Shown here: in pieces, positions 1 to 20,700 of the stretch
How the letters are laid out: every line of letters begins with the position of its first letter
Numbering within the stretch: the stretch's first letter is position 1
NCBI GenBank assembly: GCA_964035545.1
Contig: OZ037772.1
Location: 6,618,889 to 6,682,888 of the forward strand
DNA: 64,000 nt
Direction: 5' to 3'
From: Bugula neritina
Taxonomy: Eukaryota; Animalia; Bryozoa
Program-made: the position numbers and the translations under genes
The notes under the pieces: generated by a model
What the model was told of the DNA's origin: nothing
Database searches by the model: none
Seen by the model: only the letters and a program-made list of their open reading frames with translations

Positions 1-930
1 ACACTAACACTTTAAATTAATGTTTGGAGGTTTTTAACTCACACTATCAAAGTATATACTCACTACAATAAGTTATTTTAACCAGTTACCAAAGCCAGAG
101 GTCAAATGATAAACTGTTTGGGATTTATTTTGTAATTAAAATGGATTTTGTAATAATTAGGTTATAATTCCTTTAATAAATCTAATGTTTATATATGCAT
201 GGTAGAAGTAAATGCAACATATTATACAGTTGATTCTTGATCTAACAGTAACTGAAAAAAATTGCACACGATCAATTTATGTGTTTGAAGACCAATTCTG
301 TAATTTATGTAGTAAAAATGATAAATTCTTCGACAAACTCTAAAGGTGTATCTAGTTATATCTGTGTACAGTTTAAGTACTATTTGCTAGTGCTTCATTC
401 TGGTGCTTGTATTTTTATCAGCTGCTTTTTATTAGAAGTTAAAATTTTTTGGCTTTAGTAGAAATTGTAAGTTGGTTCCAACAAACAATAATTCAAATAA
501 TATCTGAATAGGCTATAAAACTTTGCGAATTTTGCTGGCTTCTAATATCATTACAACATATGTAACTTTATGTTTAATATTGAAATTAGCTAGTGTTTGA
601 ATGAGATATAAAAATAAGTAGGTACATTAGTAAATTGTTACATAATTATACACATCAATGCAAAAGCAAAACTATATAGGCATCTGCAGCTATGTACACT
701 GTAACTGCAACGTGTTCTACCCATCTATTATGTTGATAAGAGGCTTGTGTGTATTCAATGGTTATGCTGATAGTAATAATCTTTATATTGGAGACGCTGA
801 AAATGTTATTTTATGCATACTCAGCTTACATATGCATATCTAGCCTAAGGACTCTCCAAATTCTATTTTTAGCAATCAAAGTTTATGTTGTAGTGCACTA
901 TATATACCTAGTGATGATAAGAGCAAAGGC

Positions 931-1095
931 TATAAAACTGATTATAGAAATGAAACTGCCTGTTACTCCCCTTGCCCTTTGCTCACTTAACTGCTTACTG
1001 CTCTAGCATACCCACCTACTAACTACTGCCTCCTTACACTACTCACTGCTTCAGTACAACCACCTACCATAGCTACTACATCATTGCTTACAAAG
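931..1095 (+). promoter_or_regulatory. Putative TATA promoter and non-coding first exon module (paralogues near 7513, 17360, 37664, 48785, 50870)
   Basis: TATAAAA at 931 (also 7513, 37664), AAATGAAACT, an Inr-like TTACT/TCACT ~30 nt after the TATA, and a strong donor AG|GTGAGT at 1096 (also 1448, 48935, 51034; GTAAGT at 17528). The ATG exons are preceded by AG acceptors (caag|ATG, ttag|ataataATG). Inference only. Confidence 0.35.
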
Positions 1096-1641
1096 GTGAG
1101 TAGAAACCATATTTCATTTACAGTGTCAACAGCTTATCCTGTAGTCTATATAAAGTTGCAAAATAGTCACTGTGTGTCTGCCTCCGCTGACATGTAAACA
1201 TGCATGGCTACTGTCTCCCCTCTCTCTCTTCCCCTTTTACCCCTTTTACGCTCCCTCTCTTTCTCTCTCTCTCTCATACCATATTCTGCAGCCTACACTC
1301 AAAGAGATTTAGATATATTGATAACCAGTTTTATGTTAAATCCTTACTGCTTTATCATACTGACCTACTAACTACTGCCTCCTTACACTACTTAATACTT
1401 CAGTTCAACCACCTACCATAGCTACTACATCGTTGCCTATAACAAAGGTGAGTAGAAACCATATTTCATTTACAGTGTCAACAGCGTACTCTGTAGTCTA
1501 TATGAAGTTGCAAAATAGTCACTGTGTGTCTGCCTGTGCTCAGATGTGCACATGTGGCAACTGTCTCTCCCTCTCTCCCCCCTTTTACCCCTTTTACGCT
1601 CCCTCTTTTTCTCTCTCTCCCTCTCTCTCTCTCCCCCTTTT

Positions 1642-1714
<73 letters not shown>

Positions 1715-1812
1715 ATCTTTCTTTATCTCTCTTTTCCTCTCTATATCATACCAGATTCTGCAGCCTACACTCAAAGAGATTTAGATATATTGATAACCAG
1801 TTTTATGTTAAA
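995..1812 (+). repeat. Local tandem duplication (~350-470 bp units: 995-1340 and 1343-1812)
   Basis: Both units share acctactaactactgcctccttacactac..aaaggtgagtagaaaccat..cagcctacactcaaagagatttag. Confidence 0.9.
1610..1742. repeat. (CT)n microsatellite
   Basis: Seen directly. Confidence 0.95.
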
Positions 1813-2139
1813 TTTTGTTGTTTTTTCGCACAGAAACAAGTTTAGCTAAGACTTGGGAAATTATTTATACATAATAAAATGCAGTGTTTGAAAAAAGTGA
1901 CCTTATCCACTGCTAATGTTGAAAGGTCAAGAGTAATGTAAGTCCTATATATATACAAGGGTGGCTTATTTTAATATAAGAATGCATTGTAATATAATCA
2001 AATTACAAAATAAAAAGGCCATAAATGATTGGAAGGATGAAATAAAACTTCATTGTTTTTATTGCTCTACTTAGTATTCTGCTAATATAACTACATCTTA
2101 ACTACAGTATCACATGACTATTAGCTATAACTATAGTAT

Positions 2140-2606
2140 TGTAATGAGTATGGGACATGTATGCCCCGTTCATCTATAATGGCACGTAAACACTTATGTG
2201 TAAAGCATAACTGTATTATATTCATAAATGTATTATAACATTCCCTTTGTCACGCTTGGTAACACTGTAAAATAAGCCACTTTCTGCGGTAGTGGCGCAA
2301 AGTCTCCACCGTCAGAACATAATGGCCAATCAGAATACAGCCTCCCCGTATAAGGAGGGTCTTTCGGGCGCCCAGACTTATCCTACACTTCAACTTGTTA
2401 CAAAGCTCACTACTGTATTACATCTTTGTCTGTTATACTTTTTCACATTGATATAGTTTTTTTATAATCAGTGTTTCAAATATATCTATTTGTTTAACCA
2501 TAAAAACTACTCTGTTCTCTCCAACAAACCTCTTATGAAAGTTATGCTCCAGTAGTGCAAACACACAATATAATAAACACTGGTAGTAGCCTGCAAAACT
2601 ATATTA
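2140..2606 (+). repeat. 5' LTR of Gypsy element A
   Basis: Starts TGTAATG, aligns along its length with 6854-7314, and is followed by the PBS. Confidence 0.75.
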
Positions 2607-5600
2607 GTGGTGCCATCGGTGAGATAATTGTGTGCAGATGCAACTGCTACTCTGTCCGGAGAGAGGATCATAGATGGCCAAAGCTGGAAGAAAAAAGTGC
2701 TGGAAGAGAAGCTCTCAGTGGGGAGAATGGACCACCGTCAGAGCACGCGAACCCTGTTGAAGGTGAGCCCAAAACTGTTGAGACTCAGAATAATCCAATA
2801 CAGCGGGTGAGAAGGCAGACAGAAAAATAACTGGTGACAGAAACTGTCTGAAAGCCCCAATCCCCAATGTTAGTAAAGATGTAGAGCAATTTATTCAAGA
2901 GTTTAGAAACGGTGTGACCATCTCCAAGTGAGCACCTAAGGTCGCACTCCTACAACTGCGGTTAGGAACTGATGCAAACCATGCACTCCCTTGCAAGAGC
3001 ACGCCACCAAACCGCTGGCACAAATCACGCATGGCAAATTGTCACCAGGAAACCGGGAGCGTTACACCTACGATGCCATTGTGCAATCATTGGGTGATGT
3101 AGAACTTCACCACCAATTCCTGGCAAATAGAGTCAAAACAAGGTGAGGAAAGGTGAGGCTCATTTGCAGGCTAAATAGTTGCACAGGAGCTGTGTGAGCT
3201 CTTATCAGGTTGAGACAGAGCTATTAGACACTACACCCGAGTCAGAACCGACAGTTCACGTAGCCGTCACTGCAAGCCCTTCTTTCGCCACTGAATTTGC
3301 TCACATGACGGAGGTAGTGGAAAGGTTAGTGGCGGCACTGGCGCAGTCCCAAATAGCTGGCTTGTTCAGAGACTTGAGATGTCGAGGCAGATCTTGCCAC
3401 CGGATGGGCTACTGCATGTTGGGAATGCGGTAGTTGCAGACATCTTCGCAGGGAATGTCTGCAACTCACGCCACGGGAGTTAAGCCACCTTGACCTATGG
3501 CCTCATTTGCCAGTCACGGGCCGGAGGTTACTTACCGGTTTCGAGAGTTGCTTAAAATCTGCTAAGACATCAAAAGAGCCTCTAACTGAATGGCAGGTGC
3601 CAAGAAGGACTGGCAAGCTGTACGACAGGCGTGTTGCTTCCACCTGGCCACTGCAGAACTGTTCTAACATGCTGCAAAAAAGTGGTCTGATAAAGAGGTA
3701 AGACAGCACCCCAAGTCTACAAATGTGCCTCTGCAACCTCCGAAACCACTTCGTAGCTGTCAGACGCAAGCCTTGCCCAAATTCAAGGCTTCAAAAGTGT
3801 TACATGTTACAACTCTATGGCAGCAGCCATTTTTTGCCAGTTAAAATACCGAGCAAAGCTGTTACCATTCTGCTGAATTCGAGATTTACTACAAACCTTT
3901 TGAGATGTTGACTCTTCGACACACTCAGCATGAAAAACCAGACTGTACCAAGGGAAATATAGCACGTTGGCAGACAAGTCATGAATTGCCGTTTATGGTA
4001 TCATTGAGCTTGCTAGTGGAGTCCGAAATCAGACAATTAGTGAGACGCTTATCGTTAGCCAGCTCGAGGAAGACACCATCCTTGGGATGTCATTCTTGAT
4101 GCAACATAAGTGCTATATAGACTTTAGCAAGTCGACAGTAGTTATGGCCGGGTGTCAACGAGTTTGGCCGACCGCTGGGGGGGGGGGGGTGTTGATGTAG
4201 TGCGAAGCTGCATGATATGTAGATGCTCCCGGGCCACGGTTCTTGGTTAATTATAAGCAGATCTCTAAACTTTGAGTCGTGGAGGAGGCTCACCAAAAAA
4301 TCCAACTCGCAAATAGCCTAAGCCGAGTAAACCTGCAGGGGAGATCTTGGTGCAGTGCGTAGACCCCTTCGCAGAGCCGGTTAAATTAACGGCTGGTGCC
4401 AATGTGGGCAAGTTTCACACTGTGCAGAAAGAAGACTTGGAGCTGTCATTGGGTGCAATGATGAAGGGCCCTAGTAGAGCCACTATGGGCGTTAGCCGAC
4501 CAATCCTAGATCATGGCGCAGACTTTTACAGAGGTGCCTGTGACAATTGCAGGAGTAACAGAGAACGCCTGATAATGGTGCAGTTACTCAGTGAGTACAA
4601 TGATGTGTTTAGTTGTGGGCACCATGACGTAAGGTTGACCAAGGCTGTCCATCATGAAATTCTTCTGGCTGCAAAAATTGCCTCCATCCTACGCTTAGGT
4701 TGGGCCCTGAAAAGGAGAAGGAAGTGAGCCGGCAAGTCCACAACCTTCTGGACCGTGACCAGACAAAGCCAGTACACGGAAGATGAATTTGGAGCTGGCA
4801 TTTTTGTGTGGATTACCACAAGTTGAACAGCATGACCATACATGACGCATTCAAAATTGTTAAGCTATTTAAATTTATTAGCCAATGATGCTAGCCTTAA
4901 CTTTTACTACTCGTCTACAGACGTTGGTTTTCATAACTACATCATCGACAAAATGACTGAGCGGAGGAGAGCAGCGACAGAGGTTTATTGAATTTCAGCT
5001 AAACTGCTGCTAATGGGACCCTGAGACTGCTGGTCTGTTGGCCATCTTGTTGGCTGCCACGACCTCACACCCTAAGCATAAAAGGATAGTCTGCCCATTT
5101 CTCAGCAGTTGTGAGTTGATTTGGAACACTCTCAAGCCAACTCATGCAGAAGTCCGGAAAATGGGCCTGATGTCCTGCTCAAAGTGAGACAGCGTGAAAT
5201 CTGCCAAGCCGGTAAACATGGCCAGCCCTCCGGTCAGTGTGAGGCAGAGACAGCTGCATGCCGGAAGACTTTGGCACGTGGTGGCTGTTGATTCGGTAGG
5301 CACCATGCCGCCAACCCCCAGAGGTAATAACGATTTTGGTGCTCACAGACCACTTTACTCAGATGTGTAGGCCCTAACAGTGGCCCAGGCTTTTGATCAA
5401 AATGTGATCTGTTACCTAAGTTTGGAAGAACAGATGCACTAAGACTACAGTGCTCAGTTCTAATCTCAGCTAATGAGTGAGCTCTGTCAACTCTGAGGGG
5501 TGAACCAAAACAGAACCGCGTCGATACACTCGCTAGGCAATGGAGTTGTTGAACGAAACAACCCTCAATGTGATGCTCTCCAGAGTTTCCTCCTTATTTG

Positions 5601-6853
5601 AGGTCAGGAAGAATGAGATATTGTACTCCTGTAAGTTCTGTGCACGTACCGCAGTATGCCTCATACGAGCACATCTGAGACTTCCAACTTCCTGATGTTA
5701 AGTCAAGAGACTCGCATTCCAAATACCTGAACTAAAATGTTCCAGAATTCCAAAGCTCTGTAGATGTGTACATGGAGGAACTAGTAGAGAGAATGCGAGC
5801 CGAACATGAAGCGTATTGTGAAAGAAGATAATCCTATCCTGGGCGGTAGACAGGGCCAGAGAGCCCAGGTGTTCACCTTCACCTGTAGAGAGGCCGGCCT
5901 CCCCTGATTACACTCTCCCAAAGCTACTACCTGACACAGAACCAGCTCAAGTGGTGGGAACCCCTTGTGGAAAAGGGTTCCTGTAACAGTGATGAGGAAA
6001 GGGTTCCAGTAGATCTTTTCATTTCTGTGATTGCTCACTTAGTAGCAGAAGCCCAAAGAGAGAAACCACCGTCGGCCTTAGAAAGAAGTTGACGAGCTTG
6101 TACCAGAAACACAGCCGTCACCCTCGATAGATAGCCAACAAATCTTCAAAGACTGCATGCTACCAACACCACATACATATCGGGTTGACTAGACTTTGTT
6201 CTCAACACGCAAGGACAATATTGATACATTGGGAAGTTCAGACAACATAGCCGATCGTCTATATCAATAAAAATTCACTACTAACCATCGCCTGAGATAT
6301 CATGTTCCCTTACACTACAAAACCACGTTCTGTCCTTGTGGATAATTCAGCTATATAGTGATTATCTCTGCCGTCACTAGATGACAATGAAATGTTACCT
6401 GGGCTATCTTTTTAAGGTAAATGGTTTTACCTTAGACCAGTTTATTTGGACTCATTCACTCTCTTGCCCAAGGTAATGTTACCGTAACTCTTGTTCAGAC
6501 AATAAGTAGTGATGCCTACCTCTACAGAATTAGTCTCGATGCCTAGGTTAACTATATGCATTTCAGTGAATTTTTTAACTATATTTTTCTGATTAAGTTC
6601 TTTTTTCATGATTTGCTGGGTGCATTCGCAAGTCAAACCTCACTGTGATGCTTTCAAACTCAAAGTCTATGGAGTGTCATATGGCAGTAGATAGTCAAGT
6701 TTTATTTACAGTTCTCAATCATACAGTTTCAAATTTTTTTTGATAATATATTTTTTCATGCAAAATTGTATAGTGTTTTACTTTACTTGTGTTATGTTCT
6801 GACAGTTGTTTTGATGTATCAGAAAGTTATATTTTTTGCTGGTAGACGGGAGG

Positions 6854-7314
6854 TGCAATGGGCCCCGGACATGTATGCTCCCCTCATCCATTAGGCACAT
6901 AAACAATTATAAGCGAAGCACAACCGTATTATAGTTATAAAGGTATTATAACATTTCCTTCGTCTTGCTCAGGTTGACATTGTAAAATACTGCACTCTCT
7001 GTGGTAGTGGTGCAGGGTACAGCGCCAGCCGTCGCAATACCAATCGCCAGAACATACCGGCCAATCAGAAAACAGCTTTCCTTTATAAGGAAGGCCTTCA
7101 GGGCGCCCAGACTCACTCTACACTGTATTGAATCTTTGTCTAATATACTTTTCACATTGATGTAGTCTTTTATAATTCATGTTTCAAATATAGCTATTCA
7201 TTCAACTATAACAACTATTCCCTTCTCTCCAACAAACCTCGTATAAAAGTTATGCTCTAGGAGTGCAAACACAATTAATAATCCACACTTATAGTAGCTC
7301 GCGAAACTACAACA
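6854..7314 (+). repeat. 3' LTR of Gypsy element A
   Basis: Starts TGCAATG after the purine tract agacgggagg and ends ..acaaca; homologous to 2140-2606. Confidence 0.75.
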
Positions 7315-8213
7315 CTACAACTAAACACTAACTGCTGCATCACTAAAAGAAATAATTGAGAAAAGACTAATTGATTATGCCATATTTTTACCTTGGCTAT
7401 ATGTTAGAACTACAAGCAATTTAGCAATAATTTTATTTCTGGCATGTATCTTGTATAATCATTGTATTAAAACAATAAACGTATAGGTTGCCAAGTATTT
7501 GATAAGAGAAGTTATAAAACAGGTAAAATGAAACTGTTTGTCACTCCCTGTGCCATTTGTTCACTTAACTACACACTACTTTAGTATAACCATCTACTGT
7601 AGCTATACTGCACCACTTCACTACTTACTGCTCTATAGCACATGTAGCCACCTAATAGCTACTCTATCATTTCATATAACAAAGTTGGGTAAAGATCATA
7701 TATTTTTCTTTACTATTTTTATATTATAGGATACTAATTAATAGAGTAGAATAGCAGATCTAATTTTGGTGGTTGCATATTAACTATAATAAAAACATTG
7801 CCTCCTTCATAAGTTTGCTGCTAGAAATGTATACAATTTATAGGTCAATTGGTAGAGAAAATATTATGCTTTGTGTTGTGCGATGAACTTGAAAAATTTT
7901 GTAGCCTTTATAAATTGTCTTAGTTTATCACCTATTTCAACATTGCATCGGGTTTTAGGAATGGTGAATCAGTGAGTTCTTTTTCTTTTGTGGCATTCTT
8001 CTGTAGATTAATCTGGAGACTACATCTGCTTGTAAAATTGTAAATATCTGTCTGCTTCCACTATAGCAAGTGCATGGGTGGTTATTTGTGTATCTGTGTA
8101 AACATAAAATTTGTTTGCACAATTTGTACAGACCGTACCAAAACCATCATTCTTACACTATTATAGAAAAATGAGGTTCCTTTTCCCTCTATATCTCATT
8201 TTTTATGCTCCTT

Positions 8214-8218
<5 letters not shown>

Positions 8219-8284
<66 letters not shown>

Positions 8285-8289
8285 TCTCT
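8219..8289. repeat. (CT)n microsatellite ~100 bp upstream of the copy 1 ATG
   Basis: Seen directly. Confidence 0.95.
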
Positions 8290-8390
8290 GAATATTGTTT
8301 ATTTTTCTCCTTGTGCCTGGCAAAAACTATATATTTTGCCTCATAATTTTCCCCAACAAAATAAAAATTGTTTTATATTGCAAATTCAAG

Positions 8391-14888
<6,498 letters not shown>

Positions 14889-17723
14889 GTAATGTGCTAA
14901 GCCTATGTTGGACTTGATTGTTAATATATGTTCAACATTTTACATTCTCATTCTATTGTTTAACATTTGGACTTAATGGGATAATATTTTGTTCTTATAA
15001 CTACAATATAATTATTCTAAATGAAATGACTTTTCACAAGTCTGACAACACTTTTTTAAACGACCCATATAATGGATGTGATTTCATAAACTCTTCAGCA
15101 GTCACAGAAACCATTTTCAGTATGATTCTTACCCATAGTACAAATCCTGATAAACTCATATTCAATACTATCTAAGTAATTGTGTTTGTGAGATTGCTTT
15201 AATTTGTATTTAGGTTGAGCTTAATCAGAGTTGGTTACCAGAATAATTATTACTCTAATATATAATTTTTGCGCATATATTATGCTATATAACTATATTA
15301 AACTAATATTGGGAAGTTGCCTGTTTATAGCATAACATCAAAGCATGTACACATATTATATTATATTATTAATAAAAATTATACTATATAGCACTCTATT
15401 ATACTATATAACAGTATATTTGTTATAATTATTTACTTTTCAACTGAAGTCGAAGCTTTTTCACAAAAAGCTGTTTTAACACTTAACGAAAATAAAAAGG
15501 AATAAAACACACAAGTTTAAAGCTAGTTATGTGGCCAATAATCATTTTCAGTGAGCTAGCTAAAACTATAGTATGTGTTTGCAAATAGTTCTAATCTTAA
15601 CTTATATAATGCTCGCAACTGTTTATTGCTGCATGCAAATGTTTTTCATTCTAATTTATAAAACTAATTTATAAAGTAATGTAGCTTTTCTATACACACT
15701 GTTTAAACATCCAATACTAACCGTTTTACAATCTTTAATAATATATGCGATTGCATACAACCAAATTCTTAAATAATGAATATATAATGATCAGCAAGAC
15801 TCGCATAGAAGTTTTTTAAGGCAATAATAAAGCAGAAAAAAGTGGCGAGTTACTATGATATGGAGTGAAAAATTGTGATGCTTTTTATAACATATTGCAC
15901 AAAAAACACTCAGTAATTATCATTATGCTATATAAACTTTTTTTATAACTTCCTATATCTCACTAACTGTATAATTATAACATGAGAGCATAACTGCTAT
16001 AATTTTGGAGGTTATATATGACTAACAATATTCAAACTAGTTGACCTACGTACATTCAATAGTGCTCTAGGATTTTATTAATACAATACCAAGAAAATCT
16101 TTATAACACATAACATTTATAGACAGTCAGACGTTATTGTTGATTAGGTCTTTTTCACACACTCTATACTAGGTTGAAATAAGTATTTATGAAAAAAAAT
16201 GCAGCGTAAAGTATGTGTATACATGATAATTTTAAACCAATCTTAAAGTGATGAACATTAAGCAAATAATAATATATAACAAAATCGTTAAAAAATGATG
16301 TTCTATATTTATCACTACATGCTTATCGGATATACAATGTTATTATTAATCTCAGAATATCATAACCATGCATTATAAAAAGCTGTTATGATATAAGTGA
16401 ATAATATTGATCAATAGACAGTTATACATAAATCAATAAGTATATATACAGGCTAAGAGCAGCTAGTATAGCCTGAGTTTTGCCAATCATTACAATCTAA
16501 CCTTTTCAATTATCATAATGGATGTTATTGAGAATCGATTATATACAAATAACATAGACTCTAACGAACAGAAATGAACCTGGCTTTAACTAAACTTTTC
16601 TTTTCTGTCAATTGACATATTGTATTGTATTTTATACAATATAAGTTGAGATGCATGTTGTAATAAAGTAAATTGATAAGGCCTCAATAGTAAATAGCTA
16701 TAGTGCATGCAGTTTAAATTTAAACAACCCACTAACTTAGCAGAGTAGAGCCCATACATACAGGCATGAACTGGTATATAAAATTAATAAATTTTAAAAG
16801 CCACACAGAGTGAGCATTTAACAAACTTTTCGGAGTAACAATTGTTTGAAGCCATAGCTGAAATAATTAGGATTACAAAACATTATGCTAGTACTAACAA
16901 TGGTCTCCACGCTCATTGTAACGCTCACAATAGTCTATATACTATGTTTGCTATGAGAAAAAATAATTTAATACAGTTCCTTTCAGCAAAAAACAATGTT
17001 AAATGGCAAGCAAGGAATTCCCCATGTAGACTGAATCACAGCTTTTAAAATAAATTTTATTGTTTCAGATTAATTTCCAGTAACAGCCTAACAACATTGT
17101 AAGAGCAAAGGCTACAATGCTATCACAAAAATGAAACTGCTTGATTTCTCCTTGACTACTTTCAATGAATGCCTGCTCAATAAATCAATATTATGTTTTA
17201 TAGCATGATATTCTAAGCCAGCTTTATTATGATCAATGCAAGGCTTGATCATAAGATAAAGTTAGGCATGTTGCATTATGAAGTATTCAATAAAGTCAGA
17301 GGCTACGTAAACATTGAGAAACAAAGGAGTCTACTAAAAGACAAGGGCTTAATAGTTTGATAAAATGAAACTCAATGTCATTTCATATATACATGTAATT
17401 TACTCACTCAACTGTTTTTCTGCTCTGGTATAGCCTATAGATATAGTAATTACTGTACCACTCCACTAAACTTACTATACTCTAGTATAGCTATAAACCA
17501 ACTACTGTATATCACTGATTAGGAGAAGTAAGTTAAAATCATAATATGTTTCCTTTTTTATTTTCTACTTGAACTCTTTTAAAGTTAGGCTATAGACAGA
17601 CTCTGGTGACTAGTTATTCATGCTTTTTACTACAAATTATTAATTTTTATTTTGACGTCATATTTCTGGTTTACTCTTATCAACTTATATATATTATATA
17701 TACTTGCTTCAAATTAGATAATA

Positions 17724-20700
17724 ATGGCTGCCCAGCGACTACCAGAATGGTATGAGTGTGGTTATTGTGTCTCTAAGAGGGATGACATGAGAGATCCCAG
17801 AGAGCTGCCTTGTCAGCATGTATTCTGTTTGAGCTGTATTCAAGGACATTACAGCAAACATAAAACTGTGACCTGCCCTACTTGTGGGTGAGTAAAAAGA
17901 AGCTGTAAGGATTAAATGTGCTTTTAAATGTTCAACAAAGACCATTTTATAATGTAGGTGGGTTTGACTGCAAATGCTGGATATAATTATGTGCTGCTGT
18001 GTTAGATAAGCTTGAATACAGGTTTCATTCCACTTGGACACTTCCCAGTTAGACGTTATTTTTTATTTTGGTACAATCATTAGTTGCATGAAACATGGTG
18101 AGTGTTTGCATTGAGCTCATTACAGTTCTGGAACAGTTGTGATTCTATTAGGAATTAATAAATCAATCCACAGCATTAGTCCTATAGAAACATATTTATA
18201 TGCAGCAACACAAGCTAACACTAACCACATGATATACTCTATCTATATTTCACATTATTAAATTGAGGCTAATGTGCTTTGTTTTTATTCATTTAGCTTG
18301 ATTAAATATTACTGCTTCCGTATACTTTATTATATTGTGTTTATATTGTTGTTTCAGGGAAGTGTATGACTCAGTAGACTTTGAGGCTTTCCCAAAGGTT
18401 ACCATAGTAACTAATGACTCTGATGCTCTGTACTGTACAGCTCATGAATGTCAAGGTCAAATAGCTGTGTGTTATTGTGTGACATGCAAAGACAGATTTT
18501 GTTCTCAGCATCAACAGGTGAAAAATTGACTGAAATAGTTATTGGCTTTTCAATGTTATTGTGTAAAAAATATTTGTTGTGTTTCTAAAGTATTGTATAG
18601 TCACCTTATAAAAACATTCTAACTAAAGATTCAACTTAATAAAGTGATGTTAAATGTAAAGGAACTGTGTCAAATTAGGTTATGTCTCTATATAAAAAGC
18701 TATTTGCAACTATTTTGTGAGATAAAGAGGTTTTCAAAGGTTAAACGTTACACATACTGCTAAAAGTTACCTAATAAGCCAACCCATCAGATTTTTAACA
18801 AACATAATATTTACATACAAATGACTGCGTTGGCAAAATCAGCAGCCAGAACTGACTAACTTTTTTTAACATTAAAATAGATACACATGCATGCACTGCT
18901 ATAACTGTGTTCAGTGTTTTTATTTTATTTTTATTTTTTGTTTACTAAGAATTTCTTTCAAATTCATTATTTGTTGAGTTTTCGACCGTTTTCTGATACA
19001 TATACTGTTAATTTGAAAATTATCAAAAGTTTGAAAGAAGTTGCCTCTACGAAAGTAAATTATTTATATTTGATTCTAAAATTAAATGCAAGTTGTATTT
19101 ATATGCACTGCAGGTTACATTACAAACATGTAATTCCTGATCACAATATCACAATTTTTGAAAAGCTCTGTTAAAAGTAATATAAATGCAATCATTTAAA
19201 ATTTTTAAACTATATATAGGTACACAAAAAATTACATGGTGAGTCTCACAAGGTAGTGAACATTGATATCTACAAGAGATCACCTGCCAGCTACAATAAA
19301 CCAACATGTGAACATCATCAGGAGATTCTGGTGAGAGCTTGCAAGAAATGTGACAAACTGATCTGCTTTGAGTGTGAGATTGATGGATACGACTGCACAG
19401 GTACGTAGCAAGTTATACGTATAAGTATATTGCTGAAAATAATATAAGAAATAATTTATCATTACAATAAAACCTAATAATTTTCTATCAAAAGACATTT
19501 CGACAACTTTCATCAACATTGTCTGCCAGCTGTTTTATCTTTGCATATTGATGGTATCCTTAGTGTAACAATGTGGATTTCGTGTAAGAAAAAGAGTAAA
19601 GGTTTATTCTGCACTGCTTGCACTCGCTATAACAACTGACTGCTTTACAATCAAGCACATAATGATATTGCACTCAAAACCATGACTAATAAAATAAGTA
19701 CATTAACCTTTCACACATAATTGGTTAAACAGATGTGGACACTGAGCCAGGATACAACACCTAGTTTTATAGTTTCTGAATAATTTTTCAACAAAATAAT
19801 AGACACTTTTTTGATTACAGAACAAAAACAAAAAATAATTTTCTAGTTATCAATTTACACAGTTGGTTTAAGGTCATACTTTTCATTTTCTGGCTCTTTG
19901 CCAGGTGCTTTATGTTCTATATGAACAATGTTCCACTGATAGCTCGAACAGGTTGAATGTCACAAGAACAAAAAAAATATGAAGAGATAAAGAAACTTAT
20001 GTTCTCCAATATACTTTTTTATTTTTTTCAAAAGCCAATTCATGTTTAAGTTATAGCTTGTTGAAAAACATAGTCCCCCTTCCACATTCTTCTCAATTTA
20101 TACGCTCCTGACTTGTTATTGTGTCTCAATATGCCTTGTATTTGAGTGCTTGTTAGTCTCGCTTCACCAACTTTGCCTATACTTCACAAGTGCCAGTGCT
20201 GCTGGCTCAAAAGCTAAATGTTATAAACTGTCAGCTAAAACCCAATCTTGTATTCCTAGGTTGGTTGGCCTAAATAAAACAATAGTCAAATCATGATTTC
20301 ATGTTTTAAAAATTTACTCTATTCTAACCTGCTGCCTAGCTAGTTCTATTTTTGATGTATAATTACAAAATTTGTGATACATTTTTTTGGCAACCATGTA
20401 ATTTATAAAATGCAGTAATGGTACTTATAATATTATATTATTATCATTATAATATATTATATAGTATTATGTGTGTTTTTATTATCCTGCATAATATCTA
20501 ATTTATTATTGTTGTTGTGCAAACAAGTGCAATTAACCTAGTTTTCAAAATGTACCTCTAAATTATCAGAATATCAGTTTAGATATTTTCATGCTTTGTA
20601 AGGTAAACCTAAAAAAAGAGGCTGTATTCCCAAAGTAAAGGGTGTTGAACTATGAACTATATTAGATTAGCCACTCTGCTACCAAGTGCATCAGTATAAT

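Larger units (their letters stand above)
2140..7314 (+). mobile_element. Degenerate Ty3/Gypsy LTR retrotransposon (element A), RT/RNaseH core deleted
   Basis: Two diverged direct LTRs, a PBS-like sequence at 2608-2625, and a purine tract before 6854. Broken gag, protease, RT-start and integrase fragments are homologous to element C (VQCVDPFAEPVKL..LLSEYNDVFSCG; WHVVAVD..LTDHFT; GNGVVERNN). Degenerate 4-bp TSD gtat/ctac; empty paralogous site at 37781-37784. Confidence 0.85.
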
